DNA from: Acidobacteriota bacterium
GTDB taxonomy: Bacteria; Acidobacteriota; Blastocatellia; RBC074
Reading direction: 5' to 3'
DNA length: 64,000 nt
Assembly: GCA_031423495.1 (NCBI GenBank)
Contig: JANPFP010000212.1
Span: 9,466 to 73,465 of the forward strand
Shown: piece by piece, positions 31,049-40,478 of the stretch
How the letters are laid out: the number at the start of each line of letters is the position of its first letter
How positions within the stretch are numbered: the stretch's first letter is position 1
Position numbers and translations under genes: made by a program
Notes under the pieces: model-generated
What the model was told of the DNA's origin: nothing
The model's input: the letters and a program-made list of their open reading frames with translations, nothing else
Databases searched by the model: none

Positions 31049-32434
31049 CTAAACACCACGAGTCGAGCGTAGCAATCCATTAAATGCAGGTAGCGTATTT
31101 TCTGTGCTGAGTTTCGGCGCAGGTACCCAACCCCACTGTGCTACGATTCCGCTGATGGGCACCCAGAACATCAGCGAAATGATATTACCCACTGAAAACA
31201 TCCAGCTTTCAAAGAATGCATTTACGGCTCCTGACAAAAAGACAGAGATAAACACCGCGTTGATATTACGTTGTAAATAACTTTCATGTCGTTGCACGAG
31301 GTTTACGCCGCAACTCCAAGCACGATAAAAAATTAACAGCAACAGCCCAATACCCGGCAAGCCCAAGTCGCCGAATAACTCTAAATAACTGTTATGAACG
31401 TGACGGCCTGCCGTTTTGTCTCCGGTAAAAGGAAACGCCTGCAAATGCGACGTGGCAAACCCATATCCGGTCATTTTTTCTTTCCAATATAGCGGCCAGA
31501 CTCCCATCCACAATCCATAGCGGCGCTCTTCTAAAATCTGGGACGCTACGTCAGTGATCTCAGCCCGTTCGACCGTATCCTTACGAATAAAGCTCATCAC
31601 ATTGCTTTTCACAGTTGGAAAAATAATAAAAACTAAAACCAGCGCGACGGCAGCAATAATAATTTTCAACCGGCTTTCCAGATTGACGATAAAAAAGTAA
31701 GTGCTGACCGAAATTAAAGTGGCCAACAAGCCTCCGCGCGAATTCGACAGCCAGAGACCGACAAAAATCACCGCAAGTAACCCTAAATCAAGCATACGGT
31801 CGCGGCGAGTTTGGGCATCTACGCGCCAATGAAAAAGCACATAAGGGGTAATGAGCGCCGAAAAAATACCAAAAAGATTTTGATTGCTGAACGGGCCCGC
31901 GTATTGCCCCATCAACACGGTGGCTCCATATTCATGCAACCCGGCAAAGTGCAAGCCGAGCGGCAAGGGCAATAGACACAGTGCGATATAATAATGAAAC
32001 CGGAAAAATTGCAGACACTTTGCGCGCCAGAATAAATACCGCAACGACCCCGTGACAATTGACAACGCGATTAAAACGAAGCTGGCGGCCCGCATAAACG
32101 AGTAACTAACATCTTCGGCATACATCGTGGAAATAAAAATATCCAGCAAAAATAATCCCGTTAGCACTAATAACACGGAATCCACCCGCATTTCGTCGGC
32201 CTGCCGCTCTCGTAACGAGATTAAGACCATTACTCCCAGCAAGACCCAGCGTATCAGGCTAAGTACGCCTTGCGATTCGCCGCTTAGGGCTTCCGCTTCC
32301 GAAAGCGAGCCTTTATTCGTGATGAAAAAAAGCAGGATTAGAAAAAATGCGCCGTAAGCGCGCAAAAAACCGTCCGTGAACCGATAATAAAGCAGATATA
32401 AAACTGTTAGTATTAGTACGCCTGCAACAACCAT
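31049..32434 (-). CDS. O-antigen ligase/polymerase (Wzy_C) family membrane protein
   Basis: Multi-TM; Wzy_C signature …SNSRGGLLA… and HVHNSYLELFGDLGLPG (H-N-x-Y-LE-x3-E-x-G-x2-G). Confidence 0.7.
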   Translation of the reverse strand: MVVAGVLILTVLYLLYYRFTDGFLRAYGAFFLILLFFITNKGSLSEAEALSGESQGVLSLIRWVLLGVMVLISLRERQADEMRVDSVLLVLTGLFLLDIFISTMYAEDVSYSFMRAASFVLIALSIVTGSLRYLFWRAKCLQFFRFHYYIALCLLPLPLGLHFAGLHEYGATVLMGQYAGPFSNQNLFGIFSALITPYVLFHWRVDAQTRRDRMLDLGLLAVIFVGLWLSNSRGGLLATLISVSTYFFIVNLESRLKIIIAAVALVLVFIIFPTVKSNVMSFIRKDTVERAEITDVASQILEERRYGLWMGVWPLYWKEKMTGYGFATSHLQAFPFTGDKTAGRHVHNSYLELFGDLGLPGIGLLLLIFYRAWSCGVNLVQRHESYLQRNINAVFISVFLSGAVNAFFESWMFSVGNIISLMFWVPISGIVAQWGWVPAPKLSTENTLPAFNGLLRSTRGV

Positions 32435-32446
32435 AAAAGCCCCCTG

Positions 32447-33643
32447 CTAACGACCGATCATCAAAGTGATAACTTGCTTAAGCTGATGCGCCGCCTGTGG
32501 TATTGACCAGTCACTGATTCGTTCCAGCGACTTTCGCTTAAGCACGTCCAACTTATCTTGATCGTGAGCGATAAAAGCCAAAGCGGAAGCAACCTCCTCC
32601 ACGGTGAAATCTTGCAAGACAAACCCGTTTTCTTCGTCCACCAAATCTAAGGTCGCGCCGCAATGTTGATGCGAAATAATTGCCAACCCGCTAGCCATAG
32701 CTTCATTAACCACCAATCCCCATGGCTCTGCGTGCGCAGGTAAAATCAATACATCTGACAGCGCGTAAAAAAGAGGCAGCTCTGCCTGCGTCGCAGAACC
32801 AGCGAAGCGAATGTAAGGGCTTTGACCTGCCAGTGCTTCTAGCCCCTCCCGCTCTTCCCCGCTACCGACAATCAAGAGCGCAACTGGCGCGTCACCGAAT
32901 CGCTGCAAGGCCGCAATTAATAGGTGGATATTTTTTCGGGCAATTAGCCGACCGACATAGATACAGACGGTATGACCTTCCCAACCCCAAGCTCGCTTCA
33001 GTTCAACAGCGTTATGTTTTTGTTGAATCGCTGCATTGCTAAAAAAAACATTATCAACAGCAAAACCTACGTGAAAAAGCCGTTCTGGCAATGCGCCATA
33101 TGCTTCCCAGAACATTCGGCAAGCAGTGCCTACCGTCACAATGGCAAACGCATGTCGCGCCAGCCAGCCCAGCCAGTGCTTTTTCACTGACCGTTTCCAT
33201 CCCGAAGTATTATCGGAGTAATAGTTGGCATCACCCGCGATAGCAAAAGGGATATTTCGCAACAACGCCCAAGCAATCAGAAATAGCTGCGGTAATTGCG
33301 TATAACCGTATATCAGAAAAAAATCATATTTTTCTTTTAGTACCTGAAAGAAAAGCGCCCAGGCTGCGAATGCCTGTTTACTCTTCCAGCCGCCCGTATG
33401 CCGCGTCAGTATCGTATCAGCCGAGCTAGAGAAATGAGTAGCGTTTTGCGGCACCCAACCTACCCCTTCGTTCCAGGCAGAAATATAGCAAGTTTTTAAC
33501 TTCCACTCGGCAGACTGGGCGAGCAAGGAAAAGACCGGAGAAAAATAAGGAGACGGCACATTGCTCAATAGCAACCCCTGCTTTTGCTTCATCGTGGGCA
33601 AGCGCTTATCCATAATTAAGGCATTAAGGCTGTCGGTGTGCAT
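32447..33643 (-). CDS. glycosyltransferase family 4 (group 1)
   Basis: …LILPAHAEPWGLVVNEAMASGLAIIS… GT-B C-domain. Confidence 0.8.
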   Translation of the reverse strand: MHTDSLNALIMDKRLPTMKQKQGLLLSNVPSPYFSPVFSLLAQSAEWKLKTCYISAWNEGVGWVPQNATHFSSSADTILTRHTGGWKSKQAFAAWALFFQVLKEKYDFFLIYGYTQLPQLFLIAWALLRNIPFAIAGDANYYSDNTSGWKRSVKKHWLGWLARHAFAIVTVGTACRMFWEAYGALPERLFHVGFAVDNVFFSNAAIQQKHNAVELKRAWGWEGHTVCIYVGRLIARKNIHLLIAALQRFGDAPVALLIVGSGEEREGLEALAGQSPYIRFAGSATQAELPLFYALSDVLILPAHAEPWGLVVNEAMASGLAIISHQHCGATLDLVDEENGFVLQDFTVEEVASALAFIAHDQDKLDVLKRKSLERISDWSIPQAAHQLKQVITLMIGR

Positions 33644-34568
33644 AGCGCCGACCTAATGTTTTACCGATTAAAACCCGAGAGAAATCAGTCATTAGCTGGC
33701 CAATAAACGCAGCGTAATCAGAACGAGAGGCTCGCTTTATTTTCAGAAAGAGTTTCAGCGCCAATAAACCTGTTGAAACAACGGCGTATCCCAATGCCTC
33801 AAGGTAGCTATCAGTTTTTATCAAATAATGCGCCGAGTTTCGTTTCAGTAAGAGCGCCACTGAGCTGGTTTCGCTATAGCCTTCTTTTTTTTGTTCGTGA
33901 ATGACGCTGTCAATGGGGAAATAGGCTATTTCCCAACTCATCAATTTTGCACGGTAGGCCAAATCGGCATCTTCGATATACATAAATAATGACTCGTCGA
34001 ATAATCCGATTTGCTGCATGCATTCCGAGCGTAGTAACACGCATACGCCATTGAGCATTTGCGCCCGCAGCGTTTTTCCGCCTGAAAGCTGGGCAAAATT
34101 CGGATTCCAACGATACCTAAACCAATGCAAAAGGTTCCGCCAAAATGATGGCGGAAATAGTACGGTATTTTGCACGGAATCAATTGAGCGCAAGAATACT
34201 CGTGCACCTGCGATACCAATTTGGGGCTGCCGCTCCAGTTCAATCACTAAATCGTTCACAAAAGCTGAATTCAATAACACAGTGTCAGGGTTAACTACTA
34301 AAACGTACTGACAGCCTTGCGATAACGCTGCTGCGATTCCTAGGTTGTTGCCGCCGGTATATCCGTCATTCGACTCAGCGCATAATACGTTACACTGAGG
34401 GAAATTATTTTTTACTACGCTCACAGTGCTGTCGCTCGACACATTATCCACTACCCAAAAAGTTGCATTGGGGTAACTCAGCTTCAAGAAAGAGCGTAAA
34501 CACCGTTCGATTATCGCCTCAGAGTTATAAGTCAAAACAATAATTGCAACTGACGGGTAAACTTTCAT
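33624..34568 (-). CDS. glycosyltransferase family 2
   Basis: VAIIVLTYNSEAIIERCL…VVDNVSSDST. Confidence 0.8.
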   Translation of the reverse strand: MKVYPSVAIIVLTYNSEAIIERCLRSFLKLSYPNATFWVVDNVSSDSTVSVVKNNFPQCNVLCAESNDGYTGGNNLGIAAALSQGCQYVLVVNPDTVLLNSAFVNDLVIELERQPQIGIAGARVFLRSIDSVQNTVLFPPSFWRNLLHWFRYRWNPNFAQLSGGKTLRAQMLNGVCVLLRSECMQQIGLFDESLFMYIEDADLAYRAKLMSWEIAYFPIDSVIHEQKKEGYSETSSVALLLKRNSAHYLIKTDSYLEALGYAVVSTGLLALKLFLKIKRASRSDYAAFIGQLMTDFSRVLIGKTLGRRYAHRQP

Positions 34569-34571
34569 CGC

Positions 34572-35510
34572 CTAGCCGGTAAACGCTGCGTCAGCAAGGT
34601 AATTCTTGCGCTGAATTTTCTTTTTATACTTCCCTGAAACGATGGCGGGAACTACGAGAAAAATAGCCCCCAGCGATTCCAGCAATCCAAGTCGGCATAA
34701 TTCGAGAGCAGCCGCAGGTTTTTTGAATAACCAGTTTAAGGCGTCCTTAAATTTCGAAAGCGGAAGCGCGATAACCGCCAACAAGATTACGCGGCTAACT
34801 GGATGACTAACGGTATAGCGCGGCCACCCTAAATAACCATAACGAAAACCTATAATTAGCACGTATTCCCAGTGCCTTAATTTTTTAATCACGGTCGTAG
34901 CCGTTATTCGGCGACGTGGATGATAAACGACGGCTGCTGGCTGCCACGCAATCTCGCCCCACGGACGAACTCGCGCAGCTAACTCAACGTCTTCATAAGC
35001 GGGATAAGGAAAGGATTCGTCGAACCCACCTGCCTTTAGCAAAACATCGCGCCGGTAAGCGCAATTACAAGTAAGATAAACGCCGCCGCTTAAATTCGTC
35101 GGCCCTTCGCCTAATGCGCCAAACTCATCAGGCTTTTCTGCGGTAACTTTACCTTCTACTGCTACCGCTCGCGGGTTAGCTTGCAACGCCGCCATTAATT
35201 GCGCCAACCACTCACGATCGGGCAACGTATCGCTATCTGTCATCGCCACAATCGGCGCGCGCGCCTTTCTAATTCCCAAATTGCGCGCGGCGGCTGGCCC
35301 CTGAGGCAGCTGTTTTAAGTAACTCAAATTTAGCCTGGCCTGAAACGGCCTTAATTCGGGCTGCAAATCTTCGGTCGAACCGTCATCGCAAATCAAAATT
35401 TCGTAACTTTCCGCAGGAAAAGTTTGTTGCGTCAGAGCCTCAAGGCAAGCGACTAGCTCACGCGGACGATCACGAGTTGGAATCACAACCGATACCTTAA
35501 ATTGCCCCAT
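34572..35510 (-). CDS. glycosyltransferase family 2
   Basis: VSVVIPTRDRPRELVACLEAL…ILICDDGSTED. Confidence 0.8.
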   Translation of the reverse strand: MGQFKVSVVIPTRDRPRELVACLEALTQQTFPAESYEILICDDGSTEDLQPELRPFQARLNLSYLKQLPQGPAAARNLGIRKARAPIVAMTDSDTLPDREWLAQLMAALQANPRAVAVEGKVTAEKPDEFGALGEGPTNLSGGVYLTCNCAYRRDVLLKAGGFDESFPYPAYEDVELAARVRPWGEIAWQPAAVVYHPRRRITATTVIKKLRHWEYVLIIGFRYGYLGWPRYTVSHPVSRVILLAVIALPLSKFKDALNWLFKKPAAALELCRLGLLESLGAIFLVVPAIVSGKYKKKIQRKNYLADAAFTG

Positions 35511-36426
35511 AGCCGGTGAGTTTCAAACGATCAGCGCGCCACTTACGCCAAATCATCAGGCTCTGACGCCAGATAGAAAATTGCATTCGGGCCAGCGCCA
35601 GCAAATGCACATATTTCATTGCCACCAAAGCGTCTTTAACTTTGCTTAAAAACGTTTGCCCATAATTAAACAGGTTTTTTGCGATAGCTCGGTCAGGAGC
35701 CGTGAGCGAATAGATAAACTGGCTTTTATCGCATTGATAATCGCGCACCATTTGTTTTTCTGGCGTAGCTCCCCACACGCCCCCACGATGATGGTGAAGC
35801 CGAGATTGTGTGACTAAGCCGGTGCGAAAGCCGTGATAGCGCGCGCGGCGGCAATAATCAATTTCTTCGTAAAAGGAAAAAAATATCGGATCGAATAATC
35901 CCACAGACTTTATGACCTTACGCTTGATAGCAAAACAAGAACCTTCAACCCATTCCATCTCAAGCCACGCGGGGCATTGCCCCTGACTGGATAACAACAT
36001 TTGCTGCGCTGGCGATAAAGCGGTATGTGTCCAACTGTTCCAGTCTTCATTGTCGTAGCGCAACTGCACTGCGCCTAAAATGCCTAAACTCGGCTCCTGC
36101 TCTCCCACTTCAATCATACGCGATAACCAGTCAGGTTTAACTTTGGTATCAGGGTTGAGCAACACTACATAGTCGGCGCGACGTTCCAGCGCGTAACGAA
36201 TTCCTAGATTGTTACCTGCTGAAAATCCGTCGTTTCGATTATTTTGCAACAAAATAATTTCTGGGTACTTCACACGAATCAGGTTAAGACTGTCGTCAGT
36301 AGAAGCATTATCCACCACAATAACTGAAAAATCAGAGTAAGCAGTTTGTAACAACGCCCCCAGACAAGCGATTAACCAATCAGCGCCATTAAAATTCAAG
36401 ACGATAACAAAAACGCGCGGAGACAT
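35497..36426 (-). CDS. glycosyltransferase family 2
   Basis: VFVIVLNFNGADWLIACL…VVDNASTDDS. Confidence 0.8.
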   Translation of the reverse strand: MSPRVFVIVLNFNGADWLIACLGALLQTAYSDFSVIVVDNASTDDSLNLIRVKYPEIILLQNNRNDGFSAGNNLGIRYALERRADYVVLLNPDTKVKPDWLSRMIEVGEQEPSLGILGAVQLRYDNEDWNSWTHTALSPAQQMLLSSQGQCPAWLEMEWVEGSCFAIKRKVIKSVGLFDPIFFSFYEEIDYCRRARYHGFRTGLVTQSRLHHHRGGVWGATPEKQMVRDYQCDKSQFIYSLTAPDRAIAKNLFNYGQTFLSKVKDALVAMKYVHLLALARMQFSIWRQSLMIWRKWRADRLKLTGYGAI

Positions 36427-36429
36427 TTA

Positions 36430-37530
36430 TTAACTCGCCTGGTTCGACGGCAGCGTCAGGCTCGCGTTAGACAATAACTCTTCTAGCGATTTGACCGCGC
36501 GTTCCCAGGTAAAATGGCGAACCGATTCGGCGGCGGATGTTGCCAGACGCGCCCTCAAAGCATGATTGGTCAACAATTGATATAAATGATCGGCTAACAC
36601 GGCAGGCTGCCTAACCGGAGCCAATAACGCATTCACGCCCGATTGCGCAAAATCACGTATCCCTTGATTTTCAGCAGCCGCTACGGCGCATCCGCAAGCC
36701 ATAGCTTCCATTGCTGGCAGCCCCCAGCCTTCGCTGATGCTGGGGAAAAGAAACACCGCAGCCTTATTATAAATATCGCGTAACTCACCGAGCGTAGGCA
36801 GTTGCACGTATTCGCACCAAGCAGGAGCCTCTGCCGGACGAGGGCCGACCCCGAATAATATCGCTTTCGCTTGCGGTAATCGTTCGCGCAAAAGCCGCAA
36901 CGCTTCCAAACCGTCCGCTGTCCCTTTAAATGGCAACGTGTGCGTCATCATGGCTACGAGCGGATAATCGCGCGCTTCGATAGGACGAGTAAGGTAAAAT
37001 TCAGAGAAATTCAGCCCATTCGGGATATAACTGGCATTGCTGTTTTCTCCCCACTCATTTGCCAAATCCAGTAACCATCGTGAAATTACGATTTTATGCA
37101 TCGGCAACTGCCAACTCGCCCGCACTGTTTCTGAGTCGCCTGTCCAATCTTCGAAATGCTGAATTAAATAAAATTTCCGCCCTTTTTCTGCCCCGAACTC
37201 ATTAACGGCAAAAGCTGTCTGAAAGGCCGTGGCGATAATGACATCGGCTGAGGGTAAGTTACTTTCCCGTAAATCCGATACAAGTCGTACGCTCACTTCA
37301 GGAGCCAGTTGGAACCATTTGATTAACGGGCGATTTTGCCAGCGTAATTTATACGGCCACAAAAAGCTTTTGATCGCTTCGCGCCACCCCGGCTGCGGCT
37401 GCACATTGCGCGGATGGATAACTGTGACTTCGTGCCCGCGCGCCTGCAAGCGGTTAGCATATTCATAAACAACCTTGAAGCCTCCGGCAGGCGCGGATAA
37501 AAACATCGGCAAGACAAAAGTAATGCGCAT
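36430..37530 (-). CDS. glycosyltransferase family 4 (group 1)
   Basis: MRITFVLPMFLSAPAGGFKVVYEYANRLQARGHEVTVIHP… and GT-B C-domain. Confidence 0.8.
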   Translation of the reverse strand: MRITFVLPMFLSAPAGGFKVVYEYANRLQARGHEVTVIHPRNVQPQPGWREAIKSFLWPYKLRWQNRPLIKWFQLAPEVSVRLVSDLRESNLPSADVIIATAFQTAFAVNEFGAEKGRKFYLIQHFEDWTGDSETVRASWQLPMHKIVISRWLLDLANEWGENSNASYIPNGLNFSEFYLTRPIEARDYPLVAMMTHTLPFKGTADGLEALRLLRERLPQAKAILFGVGPRPAEAPAWCEYVQLPTLGELRDIYNKAAVFLFPSISEGWGLPAMEAMACGCAVAAAENQGIRDFAQSGVNALLAPVRQPAVLADHLYQLLTNHALRARLATSAAESVRHFTWERAVKSLEELLSNASLTLPSNQAS

Positions 37531-37533
37531 CCT

Positions 37534-38427
37534 TTATGACCAGCGTTTTAGCAAAGCGGCTGCCAAAATCCAGCGCGCAACCAATGGATGGCAGCTATAA
37601 CGAAACGCTTTAACCGCGCTGGCTAAAGCTTGTAACCATTGGCCTCGACGCTTCCATGCGTGAGCCGCGCGAATTTGTAAGCGCGCCAGTAACTGTCCGC
37701 GCCGCACCCCCGTGCGCTGCCATAAGTCAGGATGTAATCGCTCGACCATTTGCAAAGCAATCACGGCATCGGATAAGCCTCGATTAATATCACGGTTATC
37801 GCCCACCAGACTGTCAGTGCGCCAGCGGTAAAAAGCGAGCGGACGCGCGATGCCTGCAATTTGGCAACGATAGGCAATACGCATCAAGTATTCGTAATCT
37901 TCCGCGCGCACTAAAGATTCGTTCATTCCGCCTAGTTGTTCATAACAAGAGCGGCGCAGCAAAATGGTGTTCGTAGGAATGCAATCACCGTATAACAAAA
38001 GCCTTAAATCAGGATTTACCGTATATCCAACTTTATCCACGATGACGCGCCTGTCACCGTGCTGAATAAATGCCCAGGACTCTGCATAAACCAAGCTCAC
38101 GTGCAAATTAGTATCTAAATAACTTACTTGCACCTTTAATAAATCCGAATGCCAGAGGTCATCACTATCCAGCCAGGCGAGGTATTCTCCCTGTGCGTAC
38201 CGAAAACCCAGGTTACGAGCAGCCGAAGGCCCTTGATTATGTTGCGTGAAGACTCGCGCACGAGGTTCGAAGCCACGCGCGACCGCCAACGTCTGATCGG
38301 TCGAACCATCATCAATAAGTAAAACTTCAAAATCCTGATAGGTCTGGGCGTAAACGCTAGCAAGCGTTTCTGACAAATACGGCGCAGCGTTATACATCGG
38401 AATAATAACGCTAACTTTAGGCGGCAT
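37534..38427 (-). CDS. glycosyltransferase family 2
   Basis: VSVIIPMYNAAPYLSETLASV…LLIDDGSTDQT. Confidence 0.8.
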   Translation of the reverse strand: MPPKVSVIIPMYNAAPYLSETLASVYAQTYQDFEVLLIDDGSTDQTLAVARGFEPRARVFTQHNQGPSAARNLGFRYAQGEYLAWLDSDDLWHSDLLKVQVSYLDTNLHVSLVYAESWAFIQHGDRRVIVDKVGYTVNPDLRLLLYGDCIPTNTILLRRSCYEQLGGMNESLVRAEDYEYLMRIAYRCQIAGIARPLAFYRWRTDSLVGDNRDINRGLSDAVIALQMVERLHPDLWQRTGVRRGQLLARLQIRAAHAWKRRGQWLQALASAVKAFRYSCHPLVARWILAAALLKRWS

Positions 38428-38433
38428 AACAAT

Positions 38434-39489
38434 TTATACAGCGAGTTGTCCGTATTGGTTCAGCAAATGGCGTTTGATCGCACCGGCTGTCATTCTGGTA
38501 AAACGAATTATCGGATCAAAGCAGGCTAACCCAGCCAATTTCATAGCGCGAAAAAGACGAAAGCCCTGCGGGTTCTTTTCCATTTCGCTTAATTGCGCCA
38601 ACCAATTTAATTGCCGCAACTTGTTATCACATAGCTTGCGCAATTTACGGGTTGGCAACGTGTGCCTTAATCTTACCCACAATTTCAGCCGTTCCGCCTC
38701 AAACGCTTCGGCCTGCGATACGGTCTTGGAAGCAGTGTGCAACCGAAAGCGCGCTACGGTTTGCGGCAGGTAACATACCTGCGGGTATTTCAACAGGTAG
38801 CGCGTAGTCATTTCCCAATCAAAAACGAAATGGTACTGGGCATCAATCCCTCCGCAATCAAGCAAGTGCTTGCGCCTGAGCCATACGGCAGGCTGGTGAT
38901 AAACCGTTCCCGGACGCCAAACTAACAAGTTATCGAGAGAAAGATGGGCGTTGGTGATAACTTGCTCTTCTCCTACTCCGAAATCCACACAAGCAGCCGC
39001 AACTATATCAGCCTGATTTTCAACAAAAGCTGTAGCGATAACCGCCAACGCACCGGGGGCTAGCAAATCATCTGAGTTGATCCAATTGAAATAATCGCCG
39101 GTAAGATACGGCAAGCCTTTGTTAATGGCGTGGGGCTGACCGCCGTCTTTTTCACTTATCCAATAACGTAGCCAGGGCGAGTAACGTTGAATAATTTCCC
39201 TACTTCCGTCCTGACTTCCTCCGTCAATAATTACATACTCAAGATTGGAGTAACCTTGCAACAACACTGAACGAATGGTTTCTTCCAGATATGCTGCCTG
39301 ATTATAAGAAGGAGTTACGATAGAAACGCGCGGCCACGGTTGCCCGTTAAGCATTTGAGCAGGCAGCTCAGGCGAGGCTTCCGTCCAGGGCCAGCCAATT
39401 TTACCTGCCGGAGCGGGAGGTAAATCAGCCAATGACACAGTTATTTTACGTTGGTTTGTCAAAGCAGTTTCTGCCATTCGCAAAACCAT
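38434..39489 (-). CDS. glycosyltransferase family 2 (tandem paralogue A)
   Basis: VSIVTPSYNQAAYLEETIRSVLLQGYSNLEYVIIDGGSQDGS; paralogous to the next gene. Confidence 0.8.
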   Translation of the reverse strand: MVLRMAETALTNQRKITVSLADLPPAPAGKIGWPWTEASPELPAQMLNGQPWPRVSIVTPSYNQAAYLEETIRSVLLQGYSNLEYVIIDGGSQDGSREIIQRYSPWLRYWISEKDGGQPHAINKGLPYLTGDYFNWINSDDLLAPGALAVIATAFVENQADIVAAACVDFGVGEEQVITNAHLSLDNLLVWRPGTVYHQPAVWLRRKHLLDCGGIDAQYHFVFDWEMTTRYLLKYPQVCYLPQTVARFRLHTASKTVSQAEAFEAERLKLWVRLRHTLPTRKLRKLCDNKLRQLNWLAQLSEMEKNPQGFRLFRAMKLAGLACFDPIIRFTRMTAGAIKRHLLNQYGQLAV

Positions 39490-40478
39490 CGCTCAGAGTT
39501 TTTTTCCGCATTCTCAAAGCCGATTACTTGAATATTTTCGCCGTAAAAAGGCTTGAGCCAAGCGCGCCAGGTCATCAATTTATGTAGCCGTAGCTTTTGA
39601 TATAACCGATAAGCGAGCGCTAGCCAGGGATTGCCTTTTCGCTGAAGGCAAGACCAGGCTTCTTGCCGATAAAGTGCCGCTTGCGTCGCGCTGCGTTGAT
39701 CATCGTGAACGCGGAAACAAGCGATTGGCGCATCCAGCAAAGCCAATTTCGTATAAGCAAAAAACCTTTTCCATAACTCAAAATCGTTAGCCATGCGCAA
39801 CGTTTCGTTTATGTTCCCGCCAGCTTTCTCCCACAAGGATTTACGCCAAAAGGTGGATTCCTGCTGAATGAACCCCAGAGAATAGGCCTCAAACCCCAGA
39901 TAACCGCCTGCCATAAAAAAGGTACGAGAAAAACCCGGCATGGAATAAGTAAAGGCATCGGCGTCAGGCTCGTGACGGCCCGGTTGTGCCGAAGTAATCC
40001 ATGCTATTTCTGAAAAAGTCTGAAAAGCCTGAGCTACACGATGCAGCGCCTGTGGAAAATAAAAATCTCCGGCGTTAATCCAGGCTAAAATTTCTCCGGT
40101 GCTGCGGGCGAATCCTTTATTGAGCGCATGCGCGTGGCCGCGATCAGGTTCGCTCACCCAATAACTGATTGATTGATTATAGCGCTCAAGTATTTCGACG
40201 GTCTCATCCTGACTTCCGCCGTCAATCACGATATATTCCAAGTTCGGATAGCCTTGTAACAAAACAGATCGGATGGTTTCTTCCAGATAGCGTCCGTGGC
40301 GAAAGGTCGGCGTCACAATACTTATTTTCGGATAAGCTAGCGACGATGAAAAAATCGAAGGGGAGTTACATTCCCACGGCCATCCAGTTTTATCAGCAGG
40401 CGCAGCGGGCAATAACATTAAGCAAGATTGAGTCCAGCCCAACGGCTTAACACATAAAGACTCCAAACGCGCGACCAA
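39459..40478 (-). CDS. glycosyltransferase family 2 (tandem paralogue B)
   Basis: ISIVTPTFRHGRYLEETIRSVLLQGYPNLEYIVIDGGSQDET; shares N-terminal …PAPA.K.GWPW… with paralogue A. Confidence 0.8.
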   Translation of the reverse strand: MVARLESLCVKPLGWTQSCLMLLPAAPADKTGWPWECNSPSIFSSSLAYPKISIVTPTFRHGRYLEETIRSVLLQGYPNLEYIVIDGGSQDETVEILERYNQSISYWVSEPDRGHAHALNKGFARSTGEILAWINAGDFYFPQALHRVAQAFQTFSEIAWITSAQPGRHEPDADAFTYSMPGFSRTFFMAGGYLGFEAYSLGFIQQESTFWRKSLWEKAGGNINETLRMANDFELWKRFFAYTKLALLDAPIACFRVHDDQRSATQAALYRQEAWSCLQRKGNPWLALAYRLYQKLRLHKLMTWRAWLKPFYGENIQVIGFENAEKNSERWFCEWQKLL